This document shows positions 62,777-64,000 of a DNA stretch of 64,000 bases, piece by piece. The notes below the pieces were generated by a model. That model was given only the letters and a program-made list of their open reading frames with translations. It had not been told where the DNA came from and made no database searches. The first letter of the stretch is position 1, and the number at the start of each line of letters is the position of its first letter. A program made the translations under genes and the position numbers. The stretch is from Candidatus Poribacteria bacterium (GTDB lineage Bacteria; Poribacteria; WGA-4E; WGA-3G), in contig OZ243938.1 in the NCBI GenBank assembly GCA_965214095.1, positions 1,824,001 through 1,888,000 on the forward strand. Direction: 5' to 3'.

Positions 62777-63298
62777 TTAATCTGGAAACGAGTATTCCCA
62801 TCTTCTGGTTGTGCCATTATACCGACTAAAAGCACTTTGTAAACTTATGGACGAATCCAGTTCAATCTGATAGACATGATTGTGATTTCCTCTGTCAAAA
62901 TTTCCATCACCGTTAAACCGGACGATGAGATGAACTGAATTTGAACTATTCTCGTTTATAGAGTCAATCTTGGTACAAGTCAGTTTGACTGAAATACCTG
63001 GTTCCTCAGAATCAAATAATATTGTCTTTTTAAAATCCTGTGTAACGTTGTATACTTTTTCGCTATTGTGTATGATGGCTGTATTACCGAAGTTGTCCTT
63101 CTCCTCTCTGTAATCGGTCGAAATAAGCAGTTTGAATGCTGCACCTTTGGGGACATCTAACGACACGGTAGCACTTTCAGGTATATCTTTATCGGGGAAA
63201 ATCATTCCGCGTTCCGTTTCAGCACAACCCATAAGAAAAGGTACTGTAAACAGAGAAACGAAAACGGTAAGTCTTAAAATCCGATTCAATTTTTTCAT
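62777..63298 (-). CDS. Putative lipoprotein
   Basis: Basic N-terminus, hydrophobic stretch and LMGC lipobox. Confidence 0.65.
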   Translation of the reverse strand: MKKLNRILRLTVFVSLFTVPFLMGCAETERGMIFPDKDIPESATVSLDVPKGAAFKLLISTDYREEKDNFGNTAIIHNSEKVYNVTQDFKKTILFDSEEPGISVKLTCTKIDSINENSSNSVHLIVRFNGDGNFDRGNHNHVYQIELDSSISLQSAFSRYNGTTRRWEYSFPD

Positions 63299-63356
63299 TG
63301 TACTCTCCTTTCAATTTCAAATTAGATGATTATCCTATATTTTCGTATCAATGAGA

Positions 63357-64000
63357 TTAAAATGTGCGGGACCATTTGAAATTGGCTTGATATTCTCTAT
63401 TCCTCTCAAGTGCCCTTGCGAAGTTCCATCTGAAGATACCGAGCTGGAATCCGACACCGAGGTTAACCTTCGGGTAAATATCTTTGATTTCATCCAAATT
63501 CATCCATGTTTGTCCTATGTCTACAAATGGGACGACATAAATGCCGTGTGCTAAGGTATGCACATACTCCATATTGAATAGGAACCCGTGGTTTCCTACA
63601 AATTCGTAGAGCGAGTATCCGCGTAAAGTTCCATCAAAACCCAACACAAATTGACGTTGGTAAGGCAGCATATACGAAGTAGATGCAAGTGCAACTTTTA
63701 GTCGTGTATCAATACGATCATCTCCAATTGGGTGATAGTTTCGAAGGTGTACCACAAAGCGAGTGAAATCAAACGTAGAACCCATAGCAGAGTTTGAATG
63801 CTCAACAAGGAAAGTGTTATACCACTCACTTGTATTCCTTCGGTTACCCAAGTCGTATCTTACGCCAATGTTTTCGCGAGTGTCAAAATCGTATTTTAGG
63901 GTGATGCTATGCATTCTGCCATCATATATAGGAGAATTAGGTCTTAAATCTGTGCCTAAGTGGTATCTTGACGTTCCGATACTGAAGTATGAGGTGCTAT
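63357..64000 (-). CDS. C-terminal part of a BamA/TamA (Omp85) family outer membrane protein; partial
   Basis: LGFDGTLRGY, PFVDIG, LGVGFQ and terminal F; the gene starts beyond the window. Confidence 0.75.
   Translation of the reverse strand, partial: STSYFSIGTSRYHLGTDLRPNSPIYDGRMHSITLKYDFDTRENIGVRYDLGNRRNTSEWYNTFLVEHSNSAMGSTFDFTRFVVHLRNYHPIGDDRIDTRLKVALASTSYMLPYQRQFVLGFDGTLRGYSLYEFVGNHGFLFNMEYVHTLAHGIYVVPFVDIGQTWMNLDEIKDIYPKVNLGVGFQLGIFRWNFARALERNREYQANFKWSRTF

Overview
A roughly 40% GC bacterial window. Tandem PhyH dioxygenases, ECF sigma factors with long C-terminal extensions, a Uma2 nuclease and dense GTAG-type REP/MITE repeats suggest Candidatus Poribacteria or a similar lineage (inference only). 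Housekeeping blocks are gltX-glnS, yvcK-glmM, an M42 peptidase and a complete F1Fo ATP synthase operon with unusual accessory genes. The standout is an IS-bounded defence island at about 35.4-47.5 kb. In it, a CapH/CapP-like repressor and peptidase pair diverges from a three-gene operon: a metallo-beta-lactamase-fold protein ending in a CD-NTase-like RFG tail, an E2-E1-JAB fusion, and a patatin phospholipase. This looks like CBASS-type ubiquitin-like conjugation without any cyclase. Other notable items are an ABC ATPase (DUF3696-type)/chimeric antitoxin/RelE operon, PhyH enzymes with halogenase-type HxG/HxA motifs, a redoxin gene with a 1215-bp internal duplication, a frameshifted short FtsZ, and several MITE families that carry or interrupt REP hairpins. 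All family assignments come from motif recognition by eye; no database searches were run.
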